Assembly (NCBI GenBank): GCA_017654855.1
Contig: CM030338.1
Span: forward strand, 2,418,001 to 2,482,000
Reading direction: 5' to 3'
Origin: Podospora anserina
Taxonomy: Eukaryota
Length of the DNA: 64,000 nt
Shown: positions 13,992 through 26,864 of the stretch, piece after piece
Numbering within the stretch: the stretch's first letter is position 1
Layout of the letters: the number at the start of each line of letters is the position of its first letter
Program-made: the position numbers and the translations under genes
The notes under the pieces: generated by a model
Seen by the model: the letters and a program-made list of their open reading frames with translations, nothing else
Told to the model about the DNA's origin: nothing
The model's database searches: none

Positions 13992-16250
13992 ATGCGCCAT
14001 ATATGGGCCCTTCCTAGCTTAACAGCACTCTCTCTGTTCCAAGCTTCTGCTGCATCCGCTGTACCTAGAGCTCGCCAAGCTATCAACACCAGCTCCCCCC
14101 TCGCCCCGTTCCGTACTAAGAGACGATTCCGCACCCAAGCCCAACTCCTGAGCAACAGTGCTACTAAGACGACACTTGTTGAAGAGATGGTGACTGTTGA
14201 TACCACGAGCCGGCTGGCCGCCCTGCGGTCCTTGATGAAGGAGCGCAACCTTCATGTCTATGGTAGGTTATACAACCATCTCTCACGCCGCCCTTATCCA
14301 TCCACCAACGTCAGGAGATGCCTTTCGTCTTATCTCCTCCAACAGCCGCAGCTAACACCTGGTTCTTCCAGTTGTACCATCCGAAGATAGCCATGCTTCC
14401 GAGTATATCGCCGACTGCGATGCCCGCCGCACATTCATCTCTGGCTTCTCCGGGTCAGCAGGAACCGCCATCGTGACCCTGGACAAGGCAGCTCTCGCCA
14501 CAGACGGCCGATACTTCAACCAAGCTTCCAAGCAGCTGGATTCCAACTGGTATTTGCTCAAGACTGGTATGCAGGATGTACCAACCTGGCAGGAATGGGC
14601 GACGCAGGAAGCAGAGGGTGGTAAGCTGATTGGTGTCGACCCTCAGCTGATTTCCAGCGCCATTGCCGAGAAGCTCGATGAGGATATCAAAAACGCCGGT
14701 GGTGGTGGTCTTGTTGGGATCAAGGAAAACCTGGTAGACCTTGTCTGGGGCTCTGAGCAACCACCTCGCCCCAGCAACAGTGTATTCCTCTTGGGCCAGC
14801 AATACGCTGGAAAGGACACGGCAGCGAAGCTTGCCGATCTCCGCAAGGAGCTGGATAAGAAGAAGGCGGCTGGTTTTGTTCTTTCCATGCTTGACGAGAT
14901 CGCTTGGCTCTTCAACCTCCGCGGCAGCGATATCGCTTACAACCCGGTCTTCTTTTCGTACGCGATTGTGACGCAGGCCTCGGCTACACTTTACATTGAC
15001 GAAGCGAAATTGACCGACGAGTGCAAGACCTATCTTGAACGAAACAAGGTTACCATTAAGCCCTATGGTGCTCTGTTTGAGGACAGCGAGGAGCTTGCTC
15101 GCCGAGCAGAGGCCGATTCCAAGGACGCCAAGCCCAGGAAGTATCTCATTTCGAGTAAGGGGTCATGGGCTCTGAAGCTGGCATTGGGAGGTAACAAGTT
15201 TGTCGATGAAGTCCGGAGTCCAGTTGGTGATGCCAAGGCTGTCAAGAATGATGTTGAATTGAACGGCATGAGAAACTGCCACATTCGCGACGGCGCTGCT
15301 CTGACAGAGTTCTTTGCCTGGTTGGAAGACCAACTTGTGAACCAGAAGGCTCAGCTGGATGAGGTGGATGCGGCCGACAAGCTGGAGCAGATCAGATCAA
15401 AGCACAAGGACTTTGTTGGACTTTCCTTTGATACTATTTCCTCGACAGGGGCGAAGTGAGTACTTCTCTTTGTGAGAGACGGGATGCGGTGGTTGCTGAC
15501 GAGGTATTAGTGCTGCTGTCATTCACTACAAGCCAGAGAAGGGTGCCTGCAAGATCATTGATCCCAACGCCATCTACCTCTGCGATTCCGGGGCTCAGTA
15601 CCTGGACGGCACCACAGACACCACCAGAACGCTTCATTTTGGAACGCCAACCGCCAAGGAAAAGAAGGCTTACACCTTGGTTCTCAAGGGCAACATCGCC
15701 TTGGATTCGGTAGTCTTCCCCAAGGGAACAAGTGGTTTCGCCATCGATGTCATGGCCCGTCAATTTCTTTGGGTGAGTCTAAGGATGTGTGGATGCAAAG
15801 TGGTACCCGCTGACAGATGATTAGAAATATGGCCTCGACTATCGCCATGGTACAGGCCACGGTGTAGGCTCGTTCCTAAACGTGCACGAGGGGCCCATCG
15901 GCATCGGTACAAGGAAACAGTATATCGACGTTGCCCTGGCCGCTGGCAATGTGCTCTCGATCGAACCAGGCTACTACGAAGATGAAGCATTCGGTATCCG
16001 CATTGAAAACCTCGCCATTGTGAAGGAGGTCAAGACGGAGCATTCGTTTGGCGACAAGCCATACCTCGGATTCGAGCATGTCACCATGGTTCCGTACGCC
16101 CGCAATCTCATTGATGAGACCCTTCTCACACCGGATGAAAAGGATTGGCTGAACCGGGCCAACAAGAAGATTCTCGAGAAGACGCTTGGATACTTTGAGA
16201 ACGATCCTTTGACAAAGGCCTGGTTGTTGCGGGAGACGCAGCCTTTTTGA
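13992..16250 (+). CDS. AMPP: Xaa-Pro aminopeptidase P (M24B), 4 exons
   Basis: [100 protein letters not shown]. Confidence 0.95.
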
Positions 16251-16341
16251 TTGCCTTGTTGTCATGGTGGGGAAGAATTTTGAATTTTTTTTTCTAGTCG
16301 GGATTGTCTAGAACGTATACCCCTAACGGACTTTTTCAGAA

Positions 16342-16984
16342 TTAAAAGGACATGAAGGCCGACATGGCAAAGGCAATGGCAAAGGAGAGCTTGAAGGCAG
16401 TGTGTTGGTTGAGGGCCGCTAGGATGCGGGAACCCTGGAAACGCTCACGGAGGCGGAGGTACTTGACCAGGTCGAGTCCGGAGCGAGAGGCGACCTGGTG
16501 GAGGGTGTTAGCAAGAATGATGAAAGTGTGCGAGGCACGGAGACGTGTCTACATCAGGGATGAAGTATTATCACTAGTTTTCTTGGTGATGAGAAATAAC
16601 AATAAAATAAGTATTAGTCGCCTTACTTACTTGGATGGTGAGCATACCTATTCCTGCCAGGAGGACGAGGGTTTTGGAGAAGACGGAGACTAGGAGGCCG
16701 ACGGCGAAGCCTGTGATGGGGTACGTGTTAGGATGATTGTATATGACGATGTGAGAGAAGGGATTCAAAATCATACCTGAGAGACTACCGCCAGAAAGCT
16801 GTTTGATGATTTCTGGGTCTAGCCGGTCTTTTCTCTCGGGACGGGTGGTTGAGAAGGATTTGTTAGACGAAGGGATGGCATCCATGCGCATTGGTCTTTG
16901 GTTGTGGATTGCGAGGAGGGAGGTTGTGAGGCCGAGGCTGAGGGCTGGGCGGAGGGTGCGGTTGAGGAGGAGACGGGTGGCCAT
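16342..16984 (-). CDS. FUN14-family mitochondrial membrane protein, 3 exons
   Basis: IKQLSGGSLSGFAVGLLVSVFSKTLVLLAGIGMLTIQV...GLDLV...AFKLSFAIAFAMSAFMSF; Arg-rich presequence-like N-terminus. Confidence 0.8.
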
Positions 16985-17476
16985 TTTGGTTGTTGAGGGA
17001 GATACTGTAGATGGTGAGAGTTTGGTGAGAGTGGTGAGCATTATGATCCGGATCGGACATAAAAGGGGTGAGTGAGGGTAGGTAATGGACATGCAAGTGG
17101 TGAGCTGTGGTTGGTTGGTGAGTGAGGTGAAGCTGGGGGTTGCGGTGTGTGCATAGGGGAGCCGTGACGTAATTGGTGGTCGTTGACAGGGGCAGGGGAG
17201 CTTGGACCAACGCGGGGGGGCGAGCGCCAAGAGGGGTGTGGGGAACGCGTTCTTTGGCTTTTTGTTGTCTGTGCAAAGACGCGTTTTGTGGTTTTAAACC
17301 TTTTGGGACGAAGAGAAGGTCGCAACTTTCTTCCCAAGGTTGATACCGGATAGCAAAACTATCTTGATCGCGCAATCGGAATTCTACACACACAGGACGA
17401 ATTATCATCAACATCGGATAACAGACAAATAATCGCCGCGCAATAACACCACCCACCAAAGCAGAAAAAGTTCACG

Positions 17477-19333
17477 ATGCCTCGCCCCAAGCGCGATCGC
17501 GCAACAACGCGCACCCGCCCAATGGCCACGGCTGCGACGGGAAATTCCTCCTCGCCACCGCCTATTCCTGTGTTGCCCAAGCCCGCGCAGGCCGAGCGAG
17601 CCGGGACTGAACTCCCAAGCGACATCTACGACGTGAGCGACGCCGAAAAAGAGCGGCGGAAACTCCGCGCCTCGGCCAAAAAGAGCGCCGCCGCCGAACA
17701 ACAGCACACCCTCGAGCTTGAACCAGACCAAGTCCGCGCGTTGGACAGCTCGAGAAAACAACGCGATGATGCCTTAGCCAGGTTGCGGGATGTGACCTCT
17801 GCGTCTAAGGACGGGTCAGAGTTGGATGTGACACTGGGGACTCTGGATGATGATAGTAGTTTGGGGCTGGGGGATGAGTCGACTGAGGTTGAGGGGGTGT
17901 CAAGGGCGACGGATACTTCGACTTTTAACATTGCGGGGTTTAAGAGGAGGCCGAGGCAGAGTAGTGTTCAGGGCAGGGGGGAGAGCGGGTTGATTAGGCC
18001 GAGTAGTAGGGGCCAGGGGACGCCGAGTATTAGTACGACCATTAGCTTTGGGAGGTTCAAGAGAAGGCAGAGGGAGCCGAGTATACTTGGGACGGGGAGG
18101 AAGGAGAGGAGGGTCAGGAGTGTTTCGCGGGGGAGCCAGGCGGGGAGGAATAGAGAGGTGCTTGGGAGGGAGGATGAGGGGGAGGTTTCGCCTGTTGATG
18201 GGGGGAAGAGGAGGAGTACGAGGGGACGGTCGAGGGGGGTGGAGAGTGTGGATGGGTCGCCGGTTGCGGCTGGGTCGAGAAAGAGGAAGAGTTTGGAGAG
18301 CCATGAGGATGGGAGGGAGAAGAGGTTGGCGGTGGACGGGGGCGATATGGAGATGGGGAGTGGAGATGGGCCGGATTTGGACTTTGATATTGATGCTGAG
18401 TTGGAACCGAGAGTTGAGTCGCCTGCGAGGGAACAACAAGATGGGGATGTTCACCAGTCTATCGAACTTGACGAGCAGCCGCCAATTTCCTCGCCTCTGT
18501 CTACGCCACCCCGGGAGCTTTCCGCCCCGCCACAGTTGAGCGAGGACAATGATCCGGATATGGCCCCTCCATTGTCGAGCAGCCCAGCCTCTGAGGCTGG
18601 TAGCCCGGTCGCATGGCCTTCACTGGATGCGCTCGCGCAGAGAAAATACAACACGCGAACTGTGCCGTCCAAGACCCCAGAGCTGGAAGACGATGGCATG
18701 GGATCGAATATCTCCTCCCCTCCCTCCCTCACACACTCGCCAAACTACCGTGCGAAATCCAAACCCCCAGTCGTCAAGAAAAGGGCTCCACCACCACCCA
18801 AGAGCTCAGCCGATCTCGCATCTCTCCTTCCCCGAAGAAAGACCTCGAGCAAGAATAAGAACCGCAAGGGCTCCCACAGTGCCGATCCGTTCGATATCGA
18901 CGACGGGGAAGCCTCAGAGGAGGAGGAAGCTCCGCCGCCCACGAGGAGGGCAGCCAAGAAGCCCCTTTCCAAGACTGCGTCAACAGCCAATAAGGGCAAG
19001 CAAAAAGAGTCTGCTGTGGCTGCTGATCCCAAGGGGAAGAAGAAGCGCGTTACCAGGACCTATGGCTCCAAGGCTCACGAACAGGAGAAGGAGAATGATG
19101 GTGATGTTGACGGTGACCGAGAAGGCGATAGTATCGTTGTCGGTAGCGGCAGCAATGAGCCAGAGGACGAGGAAGAGGAGGAGCTCCCAGAAGCGGAGAC
19201 GACGGTGATGCTGAAGGAGAGATTGGGTGAGGAGCTGCAAAAGGCGGTGAAGAAGTTCAAGGAGGTGGACCAGTGGGAGCTGTCGTTTGAGGAGGTGGAG
19301 GGGAGCAGTAGTCCGATGAGGGATGCTCGTTGA
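17477..19333 (+). CDS. 618-aa disordered nuclear protein; putative Sororin-like cohesin regulator
   Basis: Intronless ORF; C-terminal LQKAVKKFKEVDQWELSFEEV, KEN box (EKEND) and RTYG motif; many S/T-P and RxS sites. The ORF is certain; the Sororin identity is inferred from motifs. Confidence 0.65.
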   Translation: MPRPKRDRATTRTRPMATAATGNSSSPPPIPVLPKPAQAERAGTELPSDIYDVSDAEKERRKLRASAKKSAAAEQQHTLELEPDQVRALDSSRKQRDDALARLRDVTSASKDGSELDVTLGTLDDDSSLGLGDESTEVEGVSRATDTSTFNIAGFKRRPRQSSVQGRGESGLIRPSSRGQGTPSISTTISFGRFKRRQREPSILGTGRKERRVRSVSRGSQAGRNREVLGREDEGEVSPVDGGKRRSTRGRSRGVESVDGSPVAAGSRKRKSLESHEDGREKRLAVDGGDMEMGSGDGPDLDFDIDAELEPRVESPAREQQDGDVHQSIELDEQPPISSPLSTPPRELSAPPQLSEDNDPDMAPPLSSSPASEAGSPVAWPSLDALAQRKYNTRTVPSKTPELEDDGMGSNISSPPSLTHSPNYRAKSKPPVVKKRAPPPPKSSADLASLLPRRKTSSKNKNRKGSHSADPFDIDDGEASEEEEAPPPTRRAAKKPLSKTASTANKGKQKESAVAADPKGKKKRVTRTYGSKAHEQEKENDGDVDGDREGDSIVVGSGSNEPEDEEEEELPEAETTVMLKERLGEELQKAVKKFKEVDQWELSFEEVEGSSSPMRDAR

Positions 19334-19721
19334 TTCTTCATCATTTAAACGAGCGGTTGGAATGGGAAAGGCAAAACTGTTGGGTTTGTGCTGGGATGAA
19401 ATGGGATGGGACGATTTGATACCTTTGTTTTTGCACTACATAGCTGGATGAACACGGAATGGGGGGGCGGGAATAGCGGTTGCTTGACTACAACTCGGGT
19501 ACTTATGGGGGTTTATTAGTCGTTAATATCACTACTTTGCCTCGACGACCGCATTAGCTTGGAGTTTTTCTTCGGGGATTACATACCAGATTAGCTGCAC
19601 ATAGCTGGATACACAAATTATACACATCACCCAACTTGCTACTTCTCAAGTGAGCAAGATATGTGCCAGGCAAATATTCATTCATAAATCATTTCTCAAT
19701 TGGCATCTTTCCCCCCTTCCA

Positions 19722-20723
19722 TCACCTACCTTCCTGTGTCTGCCCCGTCTCACCCTCGAGACAAACACTCTCAACCTCATGCTCCACCACGGGGAGCAAA
19801 TGCGCAATCTGGTTTGCATCCCTGAACGCAATGGTGATTTGATCAGGCATCAGACCCTCCATGTATAATTTCTATCTTCCGTCAGCAAAACCCCCTTGTC
19901 ATTCCCACCAGATCAGCAAACTCACCTTCTTCACCTCCGCAAACTCACCCTCCCGAGCCGTATACTCCCTGACAACCCTCTCCTCCCCAAAATCAACATA
20001 AACCCTCGTATCCCTCACCCTAACCAAAACATTATCCAACCTCAGAAAAAACCTGCAGAGCACCAACATCCTCTGCTCCATCACCCTGACTTTAACAGTC
20101 AAGACGCTGACCCCGTTATCATCCAGCTCGCTCTCGTAGAGCACAACCTCATCAGCGAACAATATCGGGTCTCGTCTCTGTAACAGCTCGACTGGTATCC
20201 TCGCCTTGTCATCCCTTTGCAACTTTTGTCCTCCCAAACCGGGGGTTTCGGTTCCGCGGTAGGAGGTGGTGTAACTCCAATCGAAGGGCTTGACCACCTC
20301 TTTGATTCCAGCAGAGGTTTTCTCTCGTGTGGCTGACCAGGCGGTGGCATAGTGGACTTTGAGGAGGCCGGTGGAGCCGGTTTTGTCTACTAGGTCCAGG
20401 GCTGGTTCGGGGGTGAAGGTGAGGGTGTAGGCGGTGGGGGTGTGGTGGAGGGTGAGGTGGTTGTCGCCGAAGATCATTTCGGGGATGGGGATGCCGAGGC
20501 GGGACTGGAGGAGGTCGATGGGGGTGGATTTGAGGATGGGGGCTTTGAGTGTTGTGATGGTGAAGGGGGGGTGGGTGAAGGTGCGGGGTGGGGGTTGGAC
20601 TGGGGAGGGGGGGCGGGGGATGCTGGAGGGGGGAGGGAGGAAGCTGGTTGATGGGAAGGTGGTTGGTGTTGTTGAGGGGTGAGTGGTGGTAGAGGAGGAG
20701 GATGGTGGTGGTGGGGGGTCCAT
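19722..20723 (-). CDS. TIP41: TIP41/TIPRL PP2A-regulatory protein, 2 exons
   Basis: IPIPEMIFGDN, VVKPFDWSYTTSYRGT, DPILFADEVVLYESELDDNGVSVLTVKVRVM, RFFLRLDNVLVRVRDTRVY. Confidence 0.93.
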
Positions 20724-20780
20724 TGTTGGGTATCCGGGGGGGTTGAGGTAGAAGCGGTTTCGGTGGTTGGAGTCGGGGGT

Positions 20781-20830
20781 GTTTGTTTGTTTCGTGGGTG
20801 TTTGTTTCGTGGGTGTTTGTTTCGTGGGTT
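20781..20830 (+). repeat. 15-bp tandem repeat (GTTTGTTTCGTGGGT) x3 upstream of TIP41
   Basis: Direct read. Confidence 0.85.
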
Positions 20831-21621
20831 TGAGTTGTAATTCGAAGTTCGTCTTGAGGTGATCGGGCTTGTGGTCGAATGGGCAAAATATGTAGTTTGG
20901 AGAGGTGAGGCTGTAGCTTTGGAGTTGCAGATGCAATTCAGGAACCCAAAGTCTTGGTGGGGCAGTTATCCGCGGGGCAGAGCCGTTGCAAATTGCGGAG
21001 AAAGTCAAATGCCGCTCCCAAAACGACTGTCACCTGTTAGCTACCTAGCTAAGGTAGTTCACTTCAAAATAGTTTCAAAGTAGCCGATTTTCATATTGAA
21101 GATACTCATTTTCAGGGAGGGTATTCTTGCATGGTCTGTTCTCTGCGACATACCCACTCATACTTTAAGTGATAAATCCGAGATGCTCTAGATATCCTGC
21201 GGACAGACGACTTCCAAGGCATCTCGATCTCAATGGAGCCAGGTACCAAAAGAAACCGGGCTCCTGTCATTGAAACCAAGCCGAAGCGCCGTCTTCCCTG
21301 CCAACCTCAAACCAGGTTAGGGTTATTGGTGTGCTGGCCCAACCATAAAGTGGGGCGGCTGTCAAGACCCGGTTGCCTAGCAACCCGCTGCGCCCAAACT
21401 GCCCAAATTGACCCCCATTAAAGCTGGCCCCGACATCCTGGATCTCTGTCCATGCGACAACCGGCCGGACACGCAACAGACTGCGACTGCGACTGCGACC
21501 ACATACCTACACCTCCACGTCTGGTGTTGGTATCTTTTCCTCTTCTTCTCTTCCTCCCCGCTACATATTTTGTTTTTCTCTTCTTGGTCTCTGTTGACAT
21601 TGACTGTCACACATTGCAAAA

Positions 21622-21976
21622 ATGGCCTCGAGAACATTGGAGTCCCGCTTCGAGCGGATGTCTGTCAAGGACGAAAACGACCCGTTTGAGACCATTGGGA
21701 CGACAACGACATCGACATATCAGAAGGCAAAGGTGCGCTTGACATGGACATGATTTTTGTGGCATCAATTCTAACAAAACATAGACCGTCACCGCCTCCT
21801 CTGCCTCACAACTCTCCCATAGCAGCAGCCGGCCCAACCTCTTCAAAGTCGCCCTCCAGCCCCAAAACGCCAACACGGTAACAGCCACCGTCACTCTCCC
21901 CTCCCAGGCCGCCCAGCGCAAGCAACCCACGACCAGCGCTTCCACCGCCATCCCCAACAAGCAGCGGGAAAAGGAC

Positions 21977-22008
<32 letters not shown>

Positions 22009-23054
22009 CGAAATCCCCTCCCCAACCAAACACAAATCCACCACCTCTCTATCCTCCCGCCAGTCAGACGAACTCGTCCTCACCAACGACGGCCGCTCCT
22101 CCTCGTCTTCCACCTCCTCCTACGTCGACGCCCCTCTAATACCAAAACAATTCCACCTCGGCATGTTTGAAATCGGCCGTCCCCTCGGAAAAGGCAAATT
22201 CGGCCGCGTCTACCTCGCCCGCGAGAGAACATCCTCCTTCATCTGCGCTCTGAAGGTTCTCTACAAATCCGAACTGCAACACGGCACCGGCGTGGAAAAA
22301 CAAGTCCGCCGCGAAATCGAGATCCAGTCCAACCTCCGACACCCAAACATCCTCAAGCTCTACGGCCATTTTCACGACAGCAAGCGAATTTTTTTGATAT
22401 TGGAATTCGCCGGCAAGGGCGAGCTGTACAAGCACCTACAGAAGGAAAGTCGGTTCCCCGAGTGGAAAGCGGCGCAGTATATCGCGCAAATGGCGTCTGC
22501 GCTGAGGTATCTGCACAGGAAGCATGTGATTCATAGGGATATCAAACCCGAGAACATCCTGATGGGCATTCACGGGGAGATTAAGATTTCGGACTTTGGG
22601 TGGTCAGTGCACGCGCCGAATAATAGGCGGAAGACGCTTTGCGGGACGTTGGATTATTTACCGCCCGAGATGATCAAGTCGGGCAGTAAGGATAATTGGT
22701 ATAATGAAAAGGTGGATTTGTGGAGTTTGGGGGTGTTGACGTATGAGTTTTTGGTGGGGGAGGCGCCGTTTGAGGACACGCCGATTATGACGCAGAAGAG
22801 GATCGCGAGGGCGGATATGACGATTCCTGAGTGGGTTAGTAAGGAGGCGAGGGATTTGATTAAGAAGGTGAGTTTTTTTTGCTCTCTCATGTTTTGAGTA
22901 TGGGATACTGACAGATGTAATGTAGCTGCTCGTACTGGATCCGGAAAAGCGGTTGCCGTTGGAGGAGGTGCAGAATCATCCTTGGATTATCAAGCATTGC
23001 GTCAAGGGGGAGAGGGCGTCGAATCGGGAGAAGTTGAGTTTTGGGAAGTCTTGA
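21622..23054 (+). CDS. IPL1: Aurora kinase (Ipl1/Ark1); introns ~21733-21785 and 22868-22925
   Basis: [77 protein letters not shown] are Aurora signature motifs. Confidence 0.95.
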
Positions 23055-23333
23055 TCGTTCACAGACTTGGGGTTGGGGTGTGTCAAAGTTGTTGGTTTGT
23101 TTATTTCAAAAGTGATGGGGTATTTTACATGACATGACGGTCAAAGTACAAGTATATGGGCGTTGAGGATTGGGGGGGGGGGGAGGAGGGACATCAAACG
23201 GGAAAGGGAAGGGGGGTTTTGTCCTCTTGATTCACTGGTTAAACAATTGCATAGCGTAGCGGGGGGTTGTGTGTTTAATTCTAATCCTTTTTTTTTTTTA
23301 ATTACAATTTCTTTTCTACATTTACGAGATGTT

Positions 23334-24224
23334 TTACCTGTAGATTTCTTCAAATGGTCTCTTGTCGTTGAAACAAGAGTCCCAGACTTGGTTGACGACT
23401 TTGGTGGCTTGGACGTCGTCTTTACACGTTGGTCTGTTCATGACGGATTGGATGGCTCGCATCCGGACGCAGTTTTGGAATTGTTGGGTGAGGGTCCAGT
23501 TTCCTCGGGTTATGGTTTCTCGCGTCCAGCGGCATTCACCGCTGAGCATGGAGGCTCTGATCTGTTTTTTTAGTGTGTCAGTGTCATTAAGTACCCGAGA
23601 GAAGAAGGGGGCAAAACAGCGGGGGAGACGAACCTCTGTACAAGCCGCGTGCTTCAAATCCATACCCCCCATCCAATCCACCTTCCACCTGAGATGATCC
23701 CACGCATGCACCATCTCATGCGCCAGTGTGTCCTCCAGATGACTCCTGTCTCTGAACTCATTTGCGCACAGGAGGATTCCGTGATCTGGGCTGAAACCTC
23801 CCGTCTGACGGACCACGGTGCCATCTTCGGCTATTCTCCCCGGGCAGCGACGGCAGACGACGTTGTGAGGGCCGAGGTCGCCGTTGAGGGCGGCAGCTTT
23901 TTCGCGGAGGTAGCGGACGACGGGGGAGTGCTGGAAGAGCCAGTCGCGGTCTGCTTCGCAGCGGGCGCAGTCGCGGGCTTCGTTGGCTTTGTAGCGGTCT
24001 TCGCGGTAGTGCTCGATGCCTTCGCGGGTGACGCGGCCGGTGAGGATGCGGAAGTAGTTGAAGTACCAGGCTAAGGAGGGGTCGTAGCCTGTGCGTTTGG
24101 GGTCGTTGGTGAGGTAGCCGGGGGGTTGTTGTGGTTGTGATGGGGGGGTGGATGAGGCGGCTGGGTCTGGGGATGTGGTGGTGGTAGTGGGTGGTGATGG
24201 TTGTGGTGGTGGTTGGGAGGACAT
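23334..24224 (-). CDS. ATP23: Mitochondrial inner membrane metalloprotease ATP23; intron 23562-23633
   Basis: [31 protein letters not shown] (HExxH), [35 protein letters not shown]. Confidence 0.95.
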   Translation of the reverse strand: MSSQPPPQPSPPTTTTTSPDPAASSTPPSQPQQPPGYLTNDPKRTGYDPSLAWYFNYFRILTGRVTREGIEHYREDRYKANEARDCARCEADRDWLFQHSPVVRYLREKAAALNGDLGPHNVVCRRCPGRIAEDGTVVRQTGGFSPDHGILLCANEFRDRSHLEDTLAHEMVHAWDHLRWKVDWMGGMDLKHAACTEVRLPRCFAPFFSRVLNDTDTLKKQIRASMLSGECRWTRETITRGNWTLTQQFQNCVRMRAIQSVMNRPTCKDDVQATKVVNQVWDSCFNDKRPFEEIYR

Positions 24225-24912
24225 GATGAATTGGGGAATTGGATTTGTGAAGCTGAATAGGTCCAATTGGAATTTCGGTGTGTTGGCGCGTAGAAAAAGG
24301 CGAGATATCTTGAAATGTGATCTCGATATCACAAGCTGTTCGAAATGGAAATGCGCCCCTGGTTCTTTGCCCAGGAACTGAGCTGCCAAGGCCTGTTGAG
24401 CTGGAGAACCTTGTTCGCTGCTTTCAGTCCCGAGCAGGCGGTGAGACAGAGGGGCAGAATAATGGCTCGGTAACTTTCAAAGGGCGCGGTCAAAAGGCGT
24501 CGGTGTGTGGAGTCACCGCCCGGGCTGCCCCTCCTCCCGACATCGGACCAATCATCCAACACCAAACAAACATTTTGACTCTCGAGGATTGCCCAAAGCA
24601 AAGAAGAGGGAAGGGGAAAAAGGGGTCTCCACTTGGTGTCTGGGATTCCATGCAACCACGGTTGAGCTGCATCTGCCCAGGCGTCCAAAATACGACGGCA
24701 ACACGCAACGCTCTAGGAAAGGAAAGCTGATCTCTGTTGCCGAGTATAAGTGGTCTTTTTTTTTCTTTCCCTTTATAAAGATGATGGAGGCCGATTCCGA
24801 GTCGTGTAAGGACAGCCCTTCTTGAGTTTTCATACTCTCATGCCTCATCTCACCTCTCCACTCTTAGTTCATACCCACTAACTTGTTACCGTTGTCTTAT
24901 AAACATCCAGCC

Positions 24913-26591
24913 ATGAGGGGTCCTCGTCCACTTGGCGTCGTGATCAAGCTGGGTGAGTGTGTCCGTCTGAGCCAATTATTGGATGTGAATCCTCTGACTA
25001 ACACCAAACCCTCAACACCAGGAACCAGCTCCATCGTCGACGAGAAGAGCCATGAACCCTTGCTCTCCATCTTGACGTTGATCGTCGAGACAGCAGTCAA
25101 ACTCAGAAAAGATGGCCACAGAGTCATTATTGTGTCTTCAGGAGCCATCGGTGTTGGTCTCCGGAGAATGGACGTAGAAAAGAGACCAAAGCATCTTTCC
25201 AAACTACAGGTTTGTCTTGACTCATCCCCTCTCACAAGAAGGACCCGAGGCTGACATGCCTGTAATGTAGGCTCTGGCAGCCATTGGCCAATGCAGGCTC
25301 ATGAGCCTGTGGGACAGCCTGTTCAACCACCTCAGACAGCCCATCGCCCAGATTCTTCTTACAAGGAATGATATCGCTGATGTGAGTTACCTTGCTGGTT
25401 ATTTCCCCCCCTTGTGTAACATACCACTTACACACCCTCCCCCTTTAGCGATCACGCTACCTCAACGCCCAAAGAACAATCAACGAGCTCCTCGACATGG
25501 GCGTCATCCCCATCGTCAACGAAAACGACACCCTCGCCGTCTCCGAGATCAAATTCGGTGACAACGACACCCTCTCTGCCGTCACAGCCGCCATGGTCCA
25601 CGCCGATTTGTTGTTCCTCATGACAGACGTCGACTGCCTCTACGACAAGAACCCCCGGACGAACCCAGACGCCCAACCAATCGAAGTAGTAGAGGACATC
25701 TCCTCCCTCGTAGCAGACGTCTCAACGGCCGGCTCCTCCCTCGGGACGGGGGGAATGTCCACCAAGATCGTCGCTGCCAGACTGGCCACCTCGGCGGGGG
25801 TGACAACAGTCATTACCAAATCATCCAACCCGGGGAACATTGTCAACATTGTCAAATACATCCAGTCCTCCCGGTCCCCCGGCTCTCCGTCCAAATCCGG
25901 CTCCGACTCGGAGGAGGGCGACACTCCAGAAATCATGTCCTCCTCCACCTCCTCCCTCAAGAAACCAGCCATTCCCCTCCACACCCGCTTCCTTCCCTCC
26001 CCTCACCCAGTCAGGGATCGCTACTTCTGGATCCTGCACGGTTTACGCCCCCACGGCACGTTGTTCATCGACACGGGCTGCTACAAGGCCCTTTTGAACA
26101 AAGCCGGTCTTTTACCCGTCGGAGTTGTCGACGTGGAGGGGACTTTCCACCAGCAGGAAGCGGTCCGGATCTGTGTCGTGGATAAGAAACACCCTGGGCA
26201 GCAACCGCAGGAGGTGGGGAGGTGTCTGACGAATTATTCGAGCGCGGAGGTGAGCAGGATCAAGGGGAAGCACACGAGTGAGATTCCGGGGTTGTTGGGG
26301 TACATGGACAGCGAGTATGTCGCGCAAAGGGAGAGCATCAGTTTTTTCAGCGGGTTTCACGGCGGGGGGGTGAGCAGGCCGGTTACGCCGGTGGGGAGCG
26401 GGGTTAACCTGGCGGGGATGGTGACGCCCAAGAGGAGGGGGGCGGGGACGCCGGCGCAGGAAGAGAGGAGGTTGGAGGCGGAGGATAAGGAGTTGGAGGA
26501 GGAGGGGTTGGTCATGAGGGGGAAGAAGGAGGAGGGGCAGCAGGTTAGGTTTGTGGAGGAGGTCAAGATTGTGGGGGAGGAGGGTAAGTAG
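24913..26591 (+). CDS. PRO1: Glutamate 5-kinase with PUA domain, 4 exons
   Basis: [61 protein letters not shown] segment [13 protein letters not shown]. Confidence 0.95.
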
Positions 26592-26864
26592 ATGATGGGC
26601 AATATTCCGTTTTTGCTTTTGATATCTTGGCCTTGTTGGTTGGGTTGTGAAGAGCGGATGGATATAGACAAGACAAAGATAGAAGCATCACACACACACA
26701 TGATTCGGCAACGAAGAAGAGGCTGCTGTCCCTTTTATGCAGATTCGCATATATGCCAAAGACGCAAACATGATTTAGTAACAAACGCCAAGACGCCCCC
26801 TGTTTTATTTACCATACATGTTCCCACTCCCCCACGGGTATCATCTCTCTCTCTCCCCCCAAAC

